64,000 nucleotides of DNA from Fistulifera solaris (lineage: Eukaryota), in assembly GCA_030295235.1 (NCBI GenBank), contig AP026143.1:620001-684000 (forward strand). Direction: 5' to 3'. The notes below the pieces were generated by a model that worked only from the letters and a program-made list of their open reading frames with translations, did no database searches and was not told the DNA's origin. Of the stretch, positions 24,256-36,712 are shown piece after piece (positions within the stretch are counted from its first letter, which is position 1; each line of letters starts with the position of its first letter). Both the position numbers and the translations under genes were made by a program.

Positions 24256-26600
24256 CTAATCGGTGGACGCCATCAGTGCCTTGATCGAAGCAGCCAGTTC
24301 TTCCGCTTGCGGTAATGTCATTTGACGCAACGCAAAAACTTCTTTGCTCGGGTCAACTATTGTTGGGTCGTCCGTGCGGGTAATGCGAACATGATGTGGC
24401 ACTTCGTAAAGCAACTGCGCCAGTTGCCGTTCCTCCGGCACTGTTCCTCGCTCGTATTGAGACATGAGCAACAAATCTCCCTCTGTGTGCATGGCGGCAC
24501 AATACGATTTACCAAGATTGATACAACACGTCGCAGCCAATCGAGCAAAGCTTTTCTCTTGAAGCGATATTTCTGGATGCGCCCACGGCAGCCTCATGAG
24601 AAGCAGGATCATATTTAACCTTTTCGGTGTATCGTCCACTAAACAATATTGATAAGGATGTGTGTGAGAAAAGAACACTCACAATGAAAGTCACAATCTT
24701 TTTTCGAACGTACATGGACCACATCAGCGAATCCAAGATACCTTCGTCCACCAGCACTCGGGCCCTCTGTTTATCCTTAGCCAATATCATTACTTCTTCC
24801 ATGGCTTCAACTCGGTCATCATGTACTGCTTCCGCACTCGCTAACACATCCAACCATGCTCTCGGCTGAAGCACAGGGTTGAGAGCGTGAATCTGCGAGG
24901 CCGTCATTATTCGTCCTGGCGAGGTGAATGCCAAGTTAGTTTAACATTTCATAGAAGCATAATAAATACCTTCTGAACAACTCACCTTCTCGCAAGCATG
25001 CTACCCTGCCATTCTTGTTTTTACTAACTCGCGCGGCGGGGGCAACGGGTGATGTTTGATCGGTTGTTTTGGACCGCGACGCTACTATACTTTCGTCATT
25101 TTCACTCATCACGATTTCCGATTCCGATGTCGGCAGCAGCTCTTTCGTTTCCACATCCATAGTGGCGCAACAACTCTGAATATCCGCTGGAACATGTTCC
25201 GCGATGCCGGAATCTTTGTACGTATTCATACACGATTGTGAGATAGCATCACCCGCACTCATGACAGATTCTTGTGCACTTTTCATCATATTGTTCCGAT
25301 GCTCTTCGGGAATTTGCATCGCACCCGCACCTATACCTACTGCAGCAGCTCCTACCAGCAGTCCTACTGGTCCCAGAACCACACACCCTACAATAGCGGC
25401 CGCCGAAACAATTCCCACCGTCTTTGCGATTGGGGTTTCTAAAGTCTTTCGATAGCTTTCCACATCCTCTTTCTGCATAAACTTGGTGCTTCTCATCTCC
25501 GCCTTGGCAGCATCTACAGCTTCTTTCCGTGCCTTCATTTCCATTTCTTCTCGAGCGAGCCTTTTATGATACGACAAACTTTCTTGACTGTTCGAATCGT
25601 CCACGTCCTCTTCGTCATAGGTCTCCGATCGAGCACTACGACTGCTACTTTGTTGCTGATGAAAGAATGCCGCAACATCCGGTGTAATAGCAGAAGCTGA
25701 TAACTCGGAGCGAGTGGGATTGCGCAGTAACAACATCTGTGGGTCTTCATAGGATCCTTCTTTATTGACTTCGGTATCCGACGAGGAACTCGTCGAAGGC
25801 GTCAAACGAGTAATGCCGTAGGTGACCGGACTCGGATTCCGAAAGACTGCTTTTGATGGTTGTTGATGAGAATGATTTTCTTTCAAAGCAGGTGAAGTGC
25901 CTTTTCGCAGATGCTCCTGCCGTGTAGCTGCCGGGGCCGCACTCACTGACCCATTCGTTCCCACTGGTCGCCAACCAGGATTAATCGCTGCCGAACCGGC
26001 ATCGTTTTCGTCCGTAGCGACAGCGGGCTCTGGATGTATCGGGTGCCGATTCAATCGTTTGCGTCGTGTTCGGTCTTGCGTAAGCTTTTGTCGTCTCGTC
26101 ATCCGAGTGGACGCGGTATTGTGGGAAGCGAAGGCGTCCGTCATGAAGAACGACCGCTCATGATCACTATCATTTCCGTCGTTAACAAATGGGTCCCTTC
26201 TATCAACTGTTGAAATTGATTGTGAATTGAAATTGTGTGTTCTAACACGCTGGGCTTGGCTGGGTTGTTGCAAATTCAAGTCCGGCATATCGCTTGCAGA
26301 CATGTACTTCGCTTGCTCTGCTCTACTTTGAATGAGTTGCGTTGTCGGTGACAAAGCATCTGATTTGGTAGGAAGTTTCACTGTGTGCCTTGGTTTTAAT
26401 GGCTGTTGTGGTCTCGAAGGGTCATTTCGTGCAGCGTTTTCAGTTTGCAGTCGCCGAATTCGATTTTGCGCGGCCTGTGTTGTTGTTGTTCTTTGCGAAG
26501 TCACGGAACTCGTCTCCGATGCAGCTAATTTCTTTCTCCGACTCTCGTACGGTGTGATTTCATTTCGCGCGGCATACTCAATTGCCGCCAGGTTTGTCAT
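24256..26600 (-). CDS. Hypothetical protein: long disordered N-terminus, Gly-rich hydrophobic segment, ARM-like C-terminus; introns 24916-24985 and 24639-24713
   Basis: 554-aa first exon; GT-AG introns visible; AKDKQRARVLVDEGILDSL resembles an ARM repeat; a frame break is likely after the second intron. Confidence 0.65.
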
Positions 26601-26977
26601 TTTTATCTAAAACCGGGTAGAAATTTTAGCGATCAAGACCACCCGTGCAAGTGCTGACAAGGAAGCAAAATGAGGGAAGACACGAAAAAGCGAGTTGTTG
26701 CGTGAAAATCAAGTGTAAATTCTCGTAAACAGGAATTGATTTCTTCAAATGCTGTAGTCTTTTGCCTTTCGAAAGGAGCGCAATGTGATTTGGTTTAATA
26801 CTGGCTGCTGTTTACTCCAGTATTATTTTTTGTTCTTCAAAAGTGCGCGATTTCCACTAGCCGTTCGGGTGAGCGAGCCGGCTCAAGCTTGCATAATAAT
26901 ATTATAGAGGCAGCGGTTAAGCACGTTAAATCTTGCCCCCCTCAGTTTTGTCAGTCGTCCGTTCGGCATTCCGGCGA

Positions 26978-28945
26978 AATGCGAGAGACGCAAAACGGCG
27001 GAACAGTCTTTGTTGTTCGGTTCATGACTAGCTGGTACTGTACAATCCAGTCTCGGCTGGAGTAAACCAACACTCCGTTTCATAGTGGAAATTCAAGGTG
27101 TCAATCCTCGGATTTTCGAGTGAAAATAAAAAGAAACTATTAACACGTAAGTCAGAATCATCATTGTTGCGACTTTATTTACCCGTAATCATAACAACTT
27201 TCGCAGTTGAATGACAATGGAGGGATGCGAGAGACGCAAAACGGAACCCATTGGTTGTTCGGTTCATGACTACTGTACAATCCAGTCCTGGCTGCCGTAA
27301 ACCAACACTCCGCTGAATAGTAAAAATTCAAGGTGTCTATCCTCGGATTTTCGACGTGAAAATAAAAGAAACTCTTAACACGTAAGTCAGAATCATCACT
27401 GTTGCGACTTTATTTACCCGTAATCATAATAAAATTCGCACTTGATTGACAATGGACGGATGCGAGAGACGCAAAACGGAACCCTTTGTTGTTCGGTTCA
27501 TGACTACTGTACAATCGAGTCCTGGCTGCCGTAAACCAACACTCCGCTGCATAGTAAAAATTCAAGGTGTCGATCCTCGGATTTTCGACGTGAAAATAAA
27601 AGAAACTCTTAACACGTAAGTCAGAATCATCATTGTTGCGACTTTATTTACCCGTAATTATAACAACATTCGCACTTGAATGACAATTGACGGATGCGAG
27701 AGACGCAAAACGGAACCCTTTGTTGTTCGGTTCATGACTACTGTACAATCGAGTCCTGGTTGCCGTAAACCAACACTCCGCTGCATAGTAAAAATTCAAG
27801 TTGTCGATCCTCGGATTTTCGACGTGAAAATAAAAGAAACTCTTAACACGTAAGTCAGAATCATCATTGTTGCGACTTTATTTACCCGTAATCATAATAA
27901 AATTCGCACTTGAATGACAATGGACGGATGCGAGAGAGCAAAACGGAACACTCTTGTTGTTCGGTTCATGACTACTGTACAATCCAGTCTCGGCTGCCGT
28001 AAACCAACAATCCGCTGAATAGTAAAAATTCAAGGTGTCGATCCTCGGATTTTCGACGTGAAAATAAAAAGAAACTATTAACACGTAAGTTAGAATCATC
28101 ATTGTTGCGACTTTATTTACCCGTAATCATAACAACATTCGCACTTGAATGACAATTGACGGACGCGAGAGACGCAAAACGGAACACTCTTTGTTGTTCG
28201 GTTCATGACAACTGTACAATCCAGTCTTGGCTGCCGTAAACCAGCACTCCCGGATTTTCGACGTGAAAATAAAAAGAAACTATTAACACGTAAGTCAGAA
28301 TCATCACTGTTGCGACTTTATTTACCCGTAATCATAACAACATTCGCACTTGATTGACAATGGACGGATGCGAGAGACGCAAAACGGAACCCTTTGTTGT
28401 TCGGTTCATGACTACTGTACAATCGAGTCCTGGCTGCCGTAAACCAACACTCCGCTGCATAGTAAAAATTCAAGGTGTCTATCCTCGGATTTTCGACGTG
28501 AAAATAAAAGAAACTCTTAACACGTAAGTCAGAATCATCATTGTTGCGACTTTATTTACCCGTAATCATAACAACATTCGCACTTGATTGACAATGGACG
28601 GATCCGAGAGACGCAAAACGGAACACTCTTTGTTGTTCGGTTCATGACTACTGTACAATCCAGTCCTGGTTGCCGTAAACCAACACTCCGCTGGATAGTA
28701 AAAATTCAAGGTGTCGATCCTCGGATTTTCGACGTGAAAATAAAAGAAACTCTTAACACGTAAGTCAGAATCATCATTGTTGCGACTTTATTTACCCGTA
28801 ATCATAATAAAATTCGCACTTGATTGACAATGGACGGATGCGAGAGACGCAAAACGGAACACTCTTTGTTGTTCGGTTCATGACTACTGTACAATCCAGT
28901 CCTGGTTGCCGTAAACCAACACTCCGCGGCATAATGAAATTGCAA
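26978..28945. repeat. Tandem satellite, ~235-bp unit, ~8.4 copies
   Basis: GATGCGAGAGACGCAAAACGG (or variant) at ~26978, 27224, 27459, 27693, 27927, 28162, 28367, 28601, 28837. One unit is 205 bp. Confidence 0.97.
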
Positions 28946-29221
28946 GGATTCACAAAAAATGGCTATAACCTTAGAATGTCCGCAGGAAGGCCATGACGCC
29001 ATGACCTAAAATGAGGAAACGGAACACAGCACAGACGCTAAATAATCACCACCAATAAACTATACGGAGTAACGCGATAACAAAAATAGATTTTCTTTGA
29101 CAAAAGCACCGGCCTTATTATTCATTGTCTTGTTCGTGACCCTCAAGGTAACAATTCACATCAGAATATCAAAATACCTCAGCGATTCACGTGAACGCCA
29201 GCTATTGTCTAGTACACAAAG

Positions 29222-30112
29222 ATGCCCGCTTCCAGTGACGCTGCATCGCGCCGACGTCTCACGCGGTTGCGCCGTGAATACTTATACCGCAAATCGTTGC
29301 AAGGACCGGAGAAGGCAGCGTACGAACAAAAACGACTCGTTCGTCAAGCACTGGCATCGGGAAAGCCATTGCCGACGGAACTGCGTGCTTCGTATGATCA
29401 CTTGCAGAAAGAAATTACTGCAGAAGACAATCGCACGGAACAAGTTCGCACGCTGGTCGACGACGAGTACGGGGATGCTGGGTTGTTGGAACCACGTGTT
29501 TGTGTTACAACGAGTCGTGATCCTTCGTCCCGTTTGAAACAATTTGCGAAGGAAATGAAACTCTTGGTACCCAATTCCACACGCATCAACCGCGGTAACC
29601 ATCGCGTCGATGAGTTGATGGAACAGTGTCGGCAATCGGAATTTACCGATCTAGTGATTGTTCAAGAGACTCGTGGTGAACCCGATGGACTCGTAGTATG
29701 TCATTTGCCCATGGGTCCGACGGCATTCTTCAGTTTGAGTGGTGCAGTGCTGCGTCACGATTTGGATCCTCCTGCGGCACCCATGTCCGAAGCCTATCCT
29801 CACATTATCTTGAACAACTTTCAAAGTGAAATCGGGAAACGTGTCGGAATTATTCTCAAATGTTTGTTTCCTGTTCCTCGCTCCGACACAAAGCGCTTAG
29901 TGACGTTTTCCAACGACAATGATTTCATTTCCTTTCGACATCACATGTACAGCAAGCCGGCACATGATAAAGTCGAATTGCATGAAGTGGGACCTCGTTT
30001 TGAAATGAGACTGTATCAGATTCGTTTGGGAACGCTGGAACAGAAGGAAGCGGAGAATGAGTACGTGCTGCGGCCTTATCAGAACACGGCGACGAAGCGG
30101 CAAGTGCTGTAA
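29222..30112 (+). CDS. IMP4: U3 snoRNP protein IMP4 (Brix domain)
   Basis: RLRREYLYRKS, VTTSRDPSSRLKQFAKE, MSEAYPHIIL, NDFISFRHH, LHEVGPRFEMRLYQIRLGT. Confidence 0.97.
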   Translation: MPASSDAASRRRLTRLRREYLYRKSLQGPEKAAYEQKRLVRQALASGKPLPTELRASYDHLQKEITAEDNRTEQVRTLVDDEYGDAGLLEPRVCVTTSRDPSSRLKQFAKEMKLLVPNSTRINRGNHRVDELMEQCRQSEFTDLVIVQETRGEPDGLVVCHLPMGPTAFFSLSGAVLRHDLDPPAAPMSEAYPHIILNNFQSEIGKRVGIILKCLFPVPRSDTKRLVTFSNDNDFISFRHHMYSKPAHDKVELHEVGPRFEMRLYQIRLGTLEQKEAENEYVLRPYQNTATKRQVL

Positions 30113-30424
30113 CAATGAAGCATCATTGTATGAAGCTCTTCTACAAGTAGAAATAAGTGATAGAGGTAATGATGTGTTATAACCGGTAAAAATATGACTA
30201 TCGATTGCGTTTAGTGCTATGCAACTCGGATAGTATGAAAACCGGAAGGACGCGTGACTAAAAGATGAGATTTCGCGACTGATGATCCTCGATGGCGCCA
30301 AAAAAAGCCCGCCACATTATTTCATTCTCATTCGTCGGCATTTGCGCTCGTCGAGTGTATTGATTAACAATAAACAATCAACAGCAAGCATTTCGCTCCT
30401 TTTTCCCTCCTTTTCTATACGAAA

Positions 30425-31998
30425 ATGCCAAATGATAGCAGTCAAGACAGTCCTTTACTGGAATTGATTCCGACAGACCTTCGCACTCCGGCACAAGTGC
30501 CCCGCTGGTATAAAGGGAAGAAGTCGGATACGTACAAGCTTCTTCGAGATCCGATGGATCTAGGAGAACTGAATTCCTTTGGGAAATTGATGGCAATATG
30601 GCGTGAAGAAAATGAGACGCTCACGTATGTAACGCCGCGCGGTTTTTGTCACTACCCGGATGTGAAAGAACGAGTGCTCTCTTTGGTGTATCAAGAAAAT
30701 GACGCTCTTGTATTAAGTATCGGCGGGAAGACGGCCAGAGGCATCGCGCAAACGCTCGCGTATTTCATGAGCCTTGAGAAAAAGAAACCAACCCAGGAGA
30801 AGTCGCGTCTCTTGTTTAAAATCTTCAAACCATACTTCAATTTCAGTCTCGTTCCTACGCACTCTTTAACGCAGGCGATTGAGATGGCCCCTTCACGAAT
30901 CCTCAACTTTCAAAATATATACTTGAGTGCCGAACAATCGATTGTTCTGACGACAAGACCCCATTCCATGCACTTGCAATTCGAAGGTACTTGTCGTTTC
31001 GCCGATGACGGAAAGGCTTTTGTCGATGCCCTCGAGGCTCGTTCATTCTCCTTTGGTTCCTTAGCACTGCGTGGGACTGTGCCATTTCATAATATCCATC
31101 TCAAACGCCTCTTTCAAGTCAGTACGATCGATCATTTGGATTTACGTTGCGTGACAATAGATCTGGGGTTCCTGCCCTTTGCCGCAAGAGTGAATCATCT
31201 CGAATATCGAATTGCTTCGTCACTGTTGCTGAAAGCCGATCTGCGCCCTCTGAAGATTGCAGCGAACAAACTCACAATTGTCATTTGCCACGAGACCAAT
31301 ACCTTTCCATCAAAACCTATTGCTGCATTTCTGCGACGTCTGGGTGACTTGGGGCACTTTGTGGAACTGAGAATCAAGTTTCAATTTAACGACAGTACTG
31401 TGGACATACCGGATTATGTGGCGCATGAACTAGTACTTACTGTGCTGGCAAACCGTAAACTACGAATCCTTGATTTGAGTGGTAGAGACAATCGGCTGAA
31501 TTGGGGTCCACGTATGAAGATACTACTCAATGGCGTCAAAACGCACAAGGAACTATGTACGATCAAAGTGGATGTTCGCGAAGGAGCGTTCGGTAAAAAC
31601 TATGTCTATCTTCGAAAATTGCTCAACAACAACCGAAACATCACAGTGACCGATGGAGAAGACAAATTATATTCGAATGGCACGTCGATCGATGAGCTCT
31701 ATTCGCTCAACGTCTTATCGAAGCTATGCGGGATGCATGGTTGATCCGCCACCAGAGCGGCCAGCCCAGTCGCGTTTACAACGAAGTGTATTCTTGCCCT
31801 AGTCAGTGGTACCGTAGCTCTTCTGCAGATTAATCACGTCGGTGTCTTGCATGAATTGGTTCAGTCGATGCAGGCAGATGATATGACTCCAGCTAACTAT
31901 TGTGTGCAATGCTCGAAGCCCGTCGAGAAAAAGCAAAGTTATTCAACGAGGAAGGAAGAAACCATCGAAAGAGAAACTTTAGTAGCTGATTTAGTCTG
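30425..31998 (+). CDS. Expanded RNI/LRR-like family, copy 6 (3' end degenerate)
   Basis: 439-aa ORF 30425-31744 with all family motifs; C-terminal homology (NHVGVLHELVQ) continues out of frame to about 31998. Confidence 0.78.
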
Positions 31999-32371
31999 AA
32001 TCGGTCCAGTTTTTTCGTATTCACGAATCATTTATCGTAGTCTACTCCTAGGAAACATAATACTCCGTACTACGTTAAGAACTGAAAATCTATCCCTATG
32101 ACAGAATCAAAATCCATCACTACGTGTTACATTGACCACGCAGATTGTTAGATCATCACCGGAGCAGTAAACAAGGAGGCTACCATGCGTAGATTTTTTG
32201 TATGACCTATCGAATAGACAGGAACATGGAAGAGCGAACATGGAAGGTTAGGAAATAAGATATGCGAATGCATCCTTTTCCGCCTTTACCAGAATAACAC
32301 ACAGTTTTGGACGCTCGGTAAAATAGACGTTCTTTACAGCTTGTACTTCATACATCTACTTTTATTCAGGA

Positions 32372-33027
32372 ACCGATATATCCAGAATTTCTGGAATTCA
32401 CACAGATTCTTTGTAGGATGAAAACGACGTCCCCTGCCTCTCTGCAACTTGCATAGAAATCATGTGTGATGCATAATACCTTGTCCAGTATTTCTGGAAC
32501 ACCGACGGAATTGCTGTGTGATGAGAAATCACTTGGTCCAGAAATTCTGGACACAGATTCTTTGTAGGATGAATACGGCGTCCCCTGCCTTTCTGCAACT
32601 TGCATAGAAATCATGTGTGATGCATAATACCTTGTCCAGTATTTCTGGAACACCGACGGAATTGCTGTGTGATGAGAAATCACTTGGTCCAGAAATTCTG
32701 GACCATCCGCAGATTTTCTGTATGACCAAACCGATATTTCCAGAATTTCTGGAATTCACACAGATTCTTTGTAGGATGAATACGGCGTCCCCTGCCTTTC
32801 TGCAACTTGCATAGAAATCATGTGTGATGCATAATACCTTGTCCAGTATTTCTGGAACACCGACGGAATTGCTGTGTGATGAGAAATCACTTGGTCCAGA
32901 AATTCTGGACCATCCGCAGATTTTCTGTATGACCAAACCGATATTTCCACAGATTCTTTGTAGGATGAATACGGCGTCCCCTGCCTTTCTGCAAATTGCA
33001 TAGATATCATGTGTGATGCATAATGCC
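32372..33027. repeat. Tandem satellite, 207-bp unit with deleted variants (151/207/189 bp)
   Basis: cacagattctttgtaggatgaa at 32401, 32552, 32759, 32948; contains the same 21-bp palindrome as the 18.7-kb array. Confidence 0.95.
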
Positions 33028-33029
33028 TT

Positions 33030-33225
33030 GGAGTTACCTATATCCGAGATCATACTCCTTGTCTTTAACGTTTTCCATCGATCGTCCGACGTTGACTTTC
33101 AGTGGAAAAACACCCAAAGCGATCGCTCAAACGGCAACTTACTTTTTAAGTTTGAAGAGGTCTCATCTTGACATTGAGGCTGACGGCGATGGGATATTTG
33201 ACTTTCGTACTTTCCGTCTGCGATG
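33030..33225 (+). pseudogene. Fragment of the RNI/LRR-like family between two repeat arrays
   Basis: LSLTFSIDRPTLTFSGKTPKAIAQTATYFLSL..FDFR matches LSIGGKTARGIAQTLAYFMSL of copy 6. Confidence 0.65.
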
Positions 33226-33242
33226 CATAAATGAGCACCGGC

Positions 33243-33488
33243 GTGTCCACATTTTCTGGGTACGTGAAAAGAACACACGCCCACTTTTTCTGGGTACCCG
33301 GTACGTCAAAACAACACGCCCCCACTTTTTCTGGGTACGTGAAAAGAACACTCGCCCACTTTTTCTGGAGACGTCAAAACATCACCCGCCCACTTTTTCT
33401 GGACACGTCAAAACAACACGCGCCCACTTTTTCTGGGTAAGTCAAAGCACGTTCCCACTTTTTCTGGATAAGTCAAAACAACACGCCC
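33243..33488. repeat. Minisatellite, ~33-bp unit (CCCACTTTTTCTGG..ACGTCAAAACAACACG), 7 copies
   Basis: cacwttttctgg core repeated 7 times between 33248 and 33467. Confidence 0.9.
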
Positions 33489-33599
33489 TTAGACCGAGGA
33501 GGTGAAACGTCCGCGGATCTTTTCGTTTATCGCCCATCCCATTATTGTTGTTCCTATTATCATTATCGCACGTTTCGTCTCTCTGTAATATTTTGAAGA

Positions 33600-35054
33600 A
33601 TGTCGGAATCAATGGACGCAGAGATGCAGGTCGGAGAAGAACAGCAGACAGAGGAGACTGCATTGCGGGAGGGAGTAGAACCTGCATTCAAAAAGCGCAA
33701 GCTCGAAGACAGTTCAACGGAATCTCCCAAAGAAAATGAACCTGCGGAGGAACCTGTAACGAAAGACGATGAAGCAACTACCGAGGCTGCTACCGAAATG
33801 CCTTCGCAAAAACAGGAAGAAAACGCAGATGAACAAGAAGAAGAAAACGGCAACAATAAGGAAACTGTTGAAGAATCCTCCATTCCGTCCTCACCGAGAA
33901 AACAAGGAAGCTACGAATACGACAAACTAAAATGGGTGGTTGTTCGCAACGACGGAAAACCCGAATCAATGATTAAATTGATCGGACTTAAATCTCTATT
34001 TGCCAAGCAGCTACCCAAAATGCCACGATCCTACATTGCGCGGTTGGTGTTGGATCGACGCCACACGTCGATCGCGATCTTACAAGACAAGCCGGAACTC
34101 AAAAATACGGACGATGAAATTATAGGTGGTATCTGCTACCGGGCCTTTCCCGAAATGCGACTTGCGGAAATTGCTTTCTGTGCGGTGAATGCGAATCATC
34201 AAGTCAAAGGATACGGCAGCAAGTTGATGAATTTGTTCAAGAATCATGCGGTCCAAGAAGGCATTGAATACTTTATCACTTACGCCGACAATTATGCGAT
34301 CGGTTACTTTAAAAAGCAAGGTTTCTCCAAAACGATTTCGATGCCCAAAGGTCGATATTCGGGATTGATCAAAGAGTACGATGGTGGTACACCGATGGAA
34401 TGTTATGTTCATCCTTCGATTGATTACACACGCATTCCGGAACTAGTACAAGCGCAGAAAGACTTTATCATGAGCCGCATACGCTTAACAGCCCAATCGC
34501 ACATTGTATACGATCCGTTGCCGCCCAATTTCGCTTCCGCCTTTTTTCGACGGAGCGTCCTCATCGTCCTCGCGCGGTAATCACAATGCCGCACGAGCGC
34601 TGCAGGTACCGGGTATGATTGCCGCCGGTTGGACGCTGAATGACTTGCGGCAACGGGCCGAAACGCAACGGGAAATCAAGAGTTTGAAGAGTGACTTGTT
34701 GCAAATGGTGCACCGTATCAAAGAACAGCAATTCGCCTGGCCATTCTTGGAACCTGTCGACACCAAGGACGTGCCGGATTATTTGGATGTCATTACCAAA
34801 CCAATTGACTTGGCGACTATTGAAAAACGAATCCGGAGCGACAATCACTATCGTACGAAAGAAATGTTTTTTGCCGATATACAATTGGTAGGTCTTGCTA
34901 CAAATGTCGTTGGTGTATTTTGACCTCCATCATCCTCACCCATGTCTTCTTTCTCTAGATGGCTGACAATTGCAAAACATACAATGATGATGGAAGCATG
35001 TATGTCCAGTGCGCTAAAAAGTTGGAAAAGTTCCTGAACGACAAGCTGAAATAG
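33600..35054 (+). CDS. GCN5: Histone acetyltransferase GCN5 (GNAT + bromodomain); frameshift near 34545; intron 34888-34958
   Basis: KQLPKMPRSYIARLVLD, EIAFCAV..HQVKGYG, TYADNYAIGYFKKQGF, EYDGGTPMEC; bromodomain AWPFLEPVD..PDYLDVITKPIDL..NCKTYN; stop at 35052-35054. Confidence 0.96.
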
Positions 35055-35215
35055 TTGCTGTCCGCTGTAAAAATCTTTTATCATTTACTCACCTAGCGAT
35101 AAAATTGTCATAGTAAAATAAGTTGCGTTTACCTCGTCGACATGGGCATCACTAAAACAATTCTAGGGATTCATCAACTTGCCTGTAATGTACAAAATTA
35201 GTTCTAAATGTTACT

Positions 35216-36712
35216 CTAAATCGATGACGCGAAAAAGTGGTGTTGAAGAAACTCAAACACACCCAGCTTTTCGGCGCCTTGTTCGATGATCAATGTTGCG
35301 GCGGCTTTCCACATACTGCCAAGTGGTATTTTTCCAAACGGGACCATAGGTTTGGTCACCAGAGGCTTGTCGGATCGATATCGTTCGTTCCAAGCGGCGA
35401 TGGGTGTCAAGATTAAAAACAAGGTACTTGCCCCGAAAATTCCGGCGTATTCCAGCGCTGCAAAGGCATTGCTAGTATCTTCCGACAGCTGTTGAAAGGC
35501 CAAAGGAGGAAGTAGAGCCAACGCAACCATGGCGCATCGTTTCCATGTTTCAGCGGTCGATGCTGCTTCCGATACTGTTGATACGCCTTCTTCATCGCTA
35601 GTGCTCATGAAAGCATTCTCCCATGCAGAGGTTAAACTGGAGGTCAAGCTCAACAAGGAAGTCAATAGCGCTAATGAAGTAAAACATATTGCGGCTGGTG
35701 TATCCAAATTGGCTCCTCCCAACGAGAATGCATTCCAAGTCAGCATCGTGACGAACGGTAGAGTGGTGCCACCCATCACGGCTTGTGTAATTTTCGTCCG
35801 ATCCCCTTCCAGTTGCGCTACCACTGTCGGTACAACACTTTGATAAACCAGGCTCATGAACAAAATCGGCAAGCAATTGAGGACCAACTCGGGATGTTGA
35901 TCCGCCAGTAGAGTATTCACAGAGATCCCTCCCGAAGTGAACGTAGCAACTCCAAAGGTCAGCAACGTGCTCATTAATATGACAGCATTCATCTTTTGCA
36001 ATAGATTCGAACGGAGTCCCACCACCACCGATCCCAGTATTCCGGCTAAAAGAACCGGATCGATGACTTGTTGTTGTTGTGTCAAGTAGTACGCCACGAG
36101 TGCGTACTCGACCGCAAAGAAACTCCCGGCGGCTACGGCATTCCACGGTGTTCCCAAATTGACCAGCTCCAACAAGGAATGCTGTACTTTTCCCGTCTCC
36201 GCCATGCGATTCAAATGCAATTCCGCCAACAACAATCCCGAAATGGTCATATAAATCCACGCGGGGGTCAACGCGACGGCCGACGGTACGAATCCAATCG
36301 AGGAAGTCGCCATCGGAAAAGCCGTAATCCCCGCTCCTAACGCCGTTCCAGCGATCAGTGCGCCCGCCGTCCACACATTGCCCTCTTTTCTGGAGACCAA
36401 AACTTCGCCCTCATGACGTTGATATTGCAACGAACTGTACAGACGCGACACTTGTTGTGATTCGTATTCGGGAAATAAAACACGACGGTCATCGATGGTT
36501 CCCATCTTTTCTTCTAATTTTTGTAAAACACTTTGCCATCGCGATGAATTGTTGTCAATTGCAGTAGGTGATGATTCGCTCGTGTACGGGTCTTCTAACA
36601 ACGAAGCATAATGAAGAGATAGTCGTGAACGAGGTTGTGTCACGAAACCATTCGCGAAAAGTAATTGAGCAATGAAAACGAAACAAGATACTAGCAATTG
36701 TTGATATCTCAT
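35216..36712 (-). CDS. Tyrosine/tryptophan (HAAAP-type) amino-acid permease, probably plastid-targeted
   Basis: LIAGTALGAGITAFP, SGLLLAE, SLVYQSVVP..QLEGD..KI..A...GT.LP; signal peptide ending ANG-FV; likely ATG 36712. Confidence 0.85.
   Translation of the reverse strand: MRYQQLLVSCFVFIAQLLFANGFVTQPRSRLSLHYASLLEDPYTSESSPTAIDNNSSRWQSVLQKLEEKMGTIDDRRVLFPEYESQQVSRLYSSLQYQRHEGEVLVSRKEGNVWTAGALIAGTALGAGITAFPMATSSIGFVPSAVALTPAWIYMTISGLLLAELHLNRMAETGKVQHSLLELVNLGTPWNAVAAGSFFAVEYALVAYYLTQQQQVIDPVLLAGILGSVVVGLRSNLLQKMNAVILMSTLLTFGVATFTSGGISVNTLLADQHPELVLNCLPILFMSLVYQSVVPTVVAQLEGDRTKITQAVMGGTTLPFVTMLTWNAFSLGGANLDTPAAICFTSLALLTSLLSLTSSLTSAWENAFMSTSDEEGVSTVSEAASTAETWKRCAMVALALLPPLAFQQLSEDTSNAFAALEYAGIFGASTLFLILTPIAAWNERYRSDKPLVTKPMVPFGKIPLGSMWKAAATLIIEQGAEKLGVFEFLQHHFFASSI

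Noticed and set aside
26978..28945. Tandem U1, spliced-leader or 5S RNA genes (GTAAGT/ACTTAC and AATTTTT motifs)
   Set aside because: Only 6-7-nt matches; no recognisable U1, 5S or SL body. Left as a satellite pending Rfam.
33243..33488. CRISPR-like array of ~33-bp repeats
   Set aside because: Units are contiguous with no unique spacers; eukaryotic context; no cas genes.
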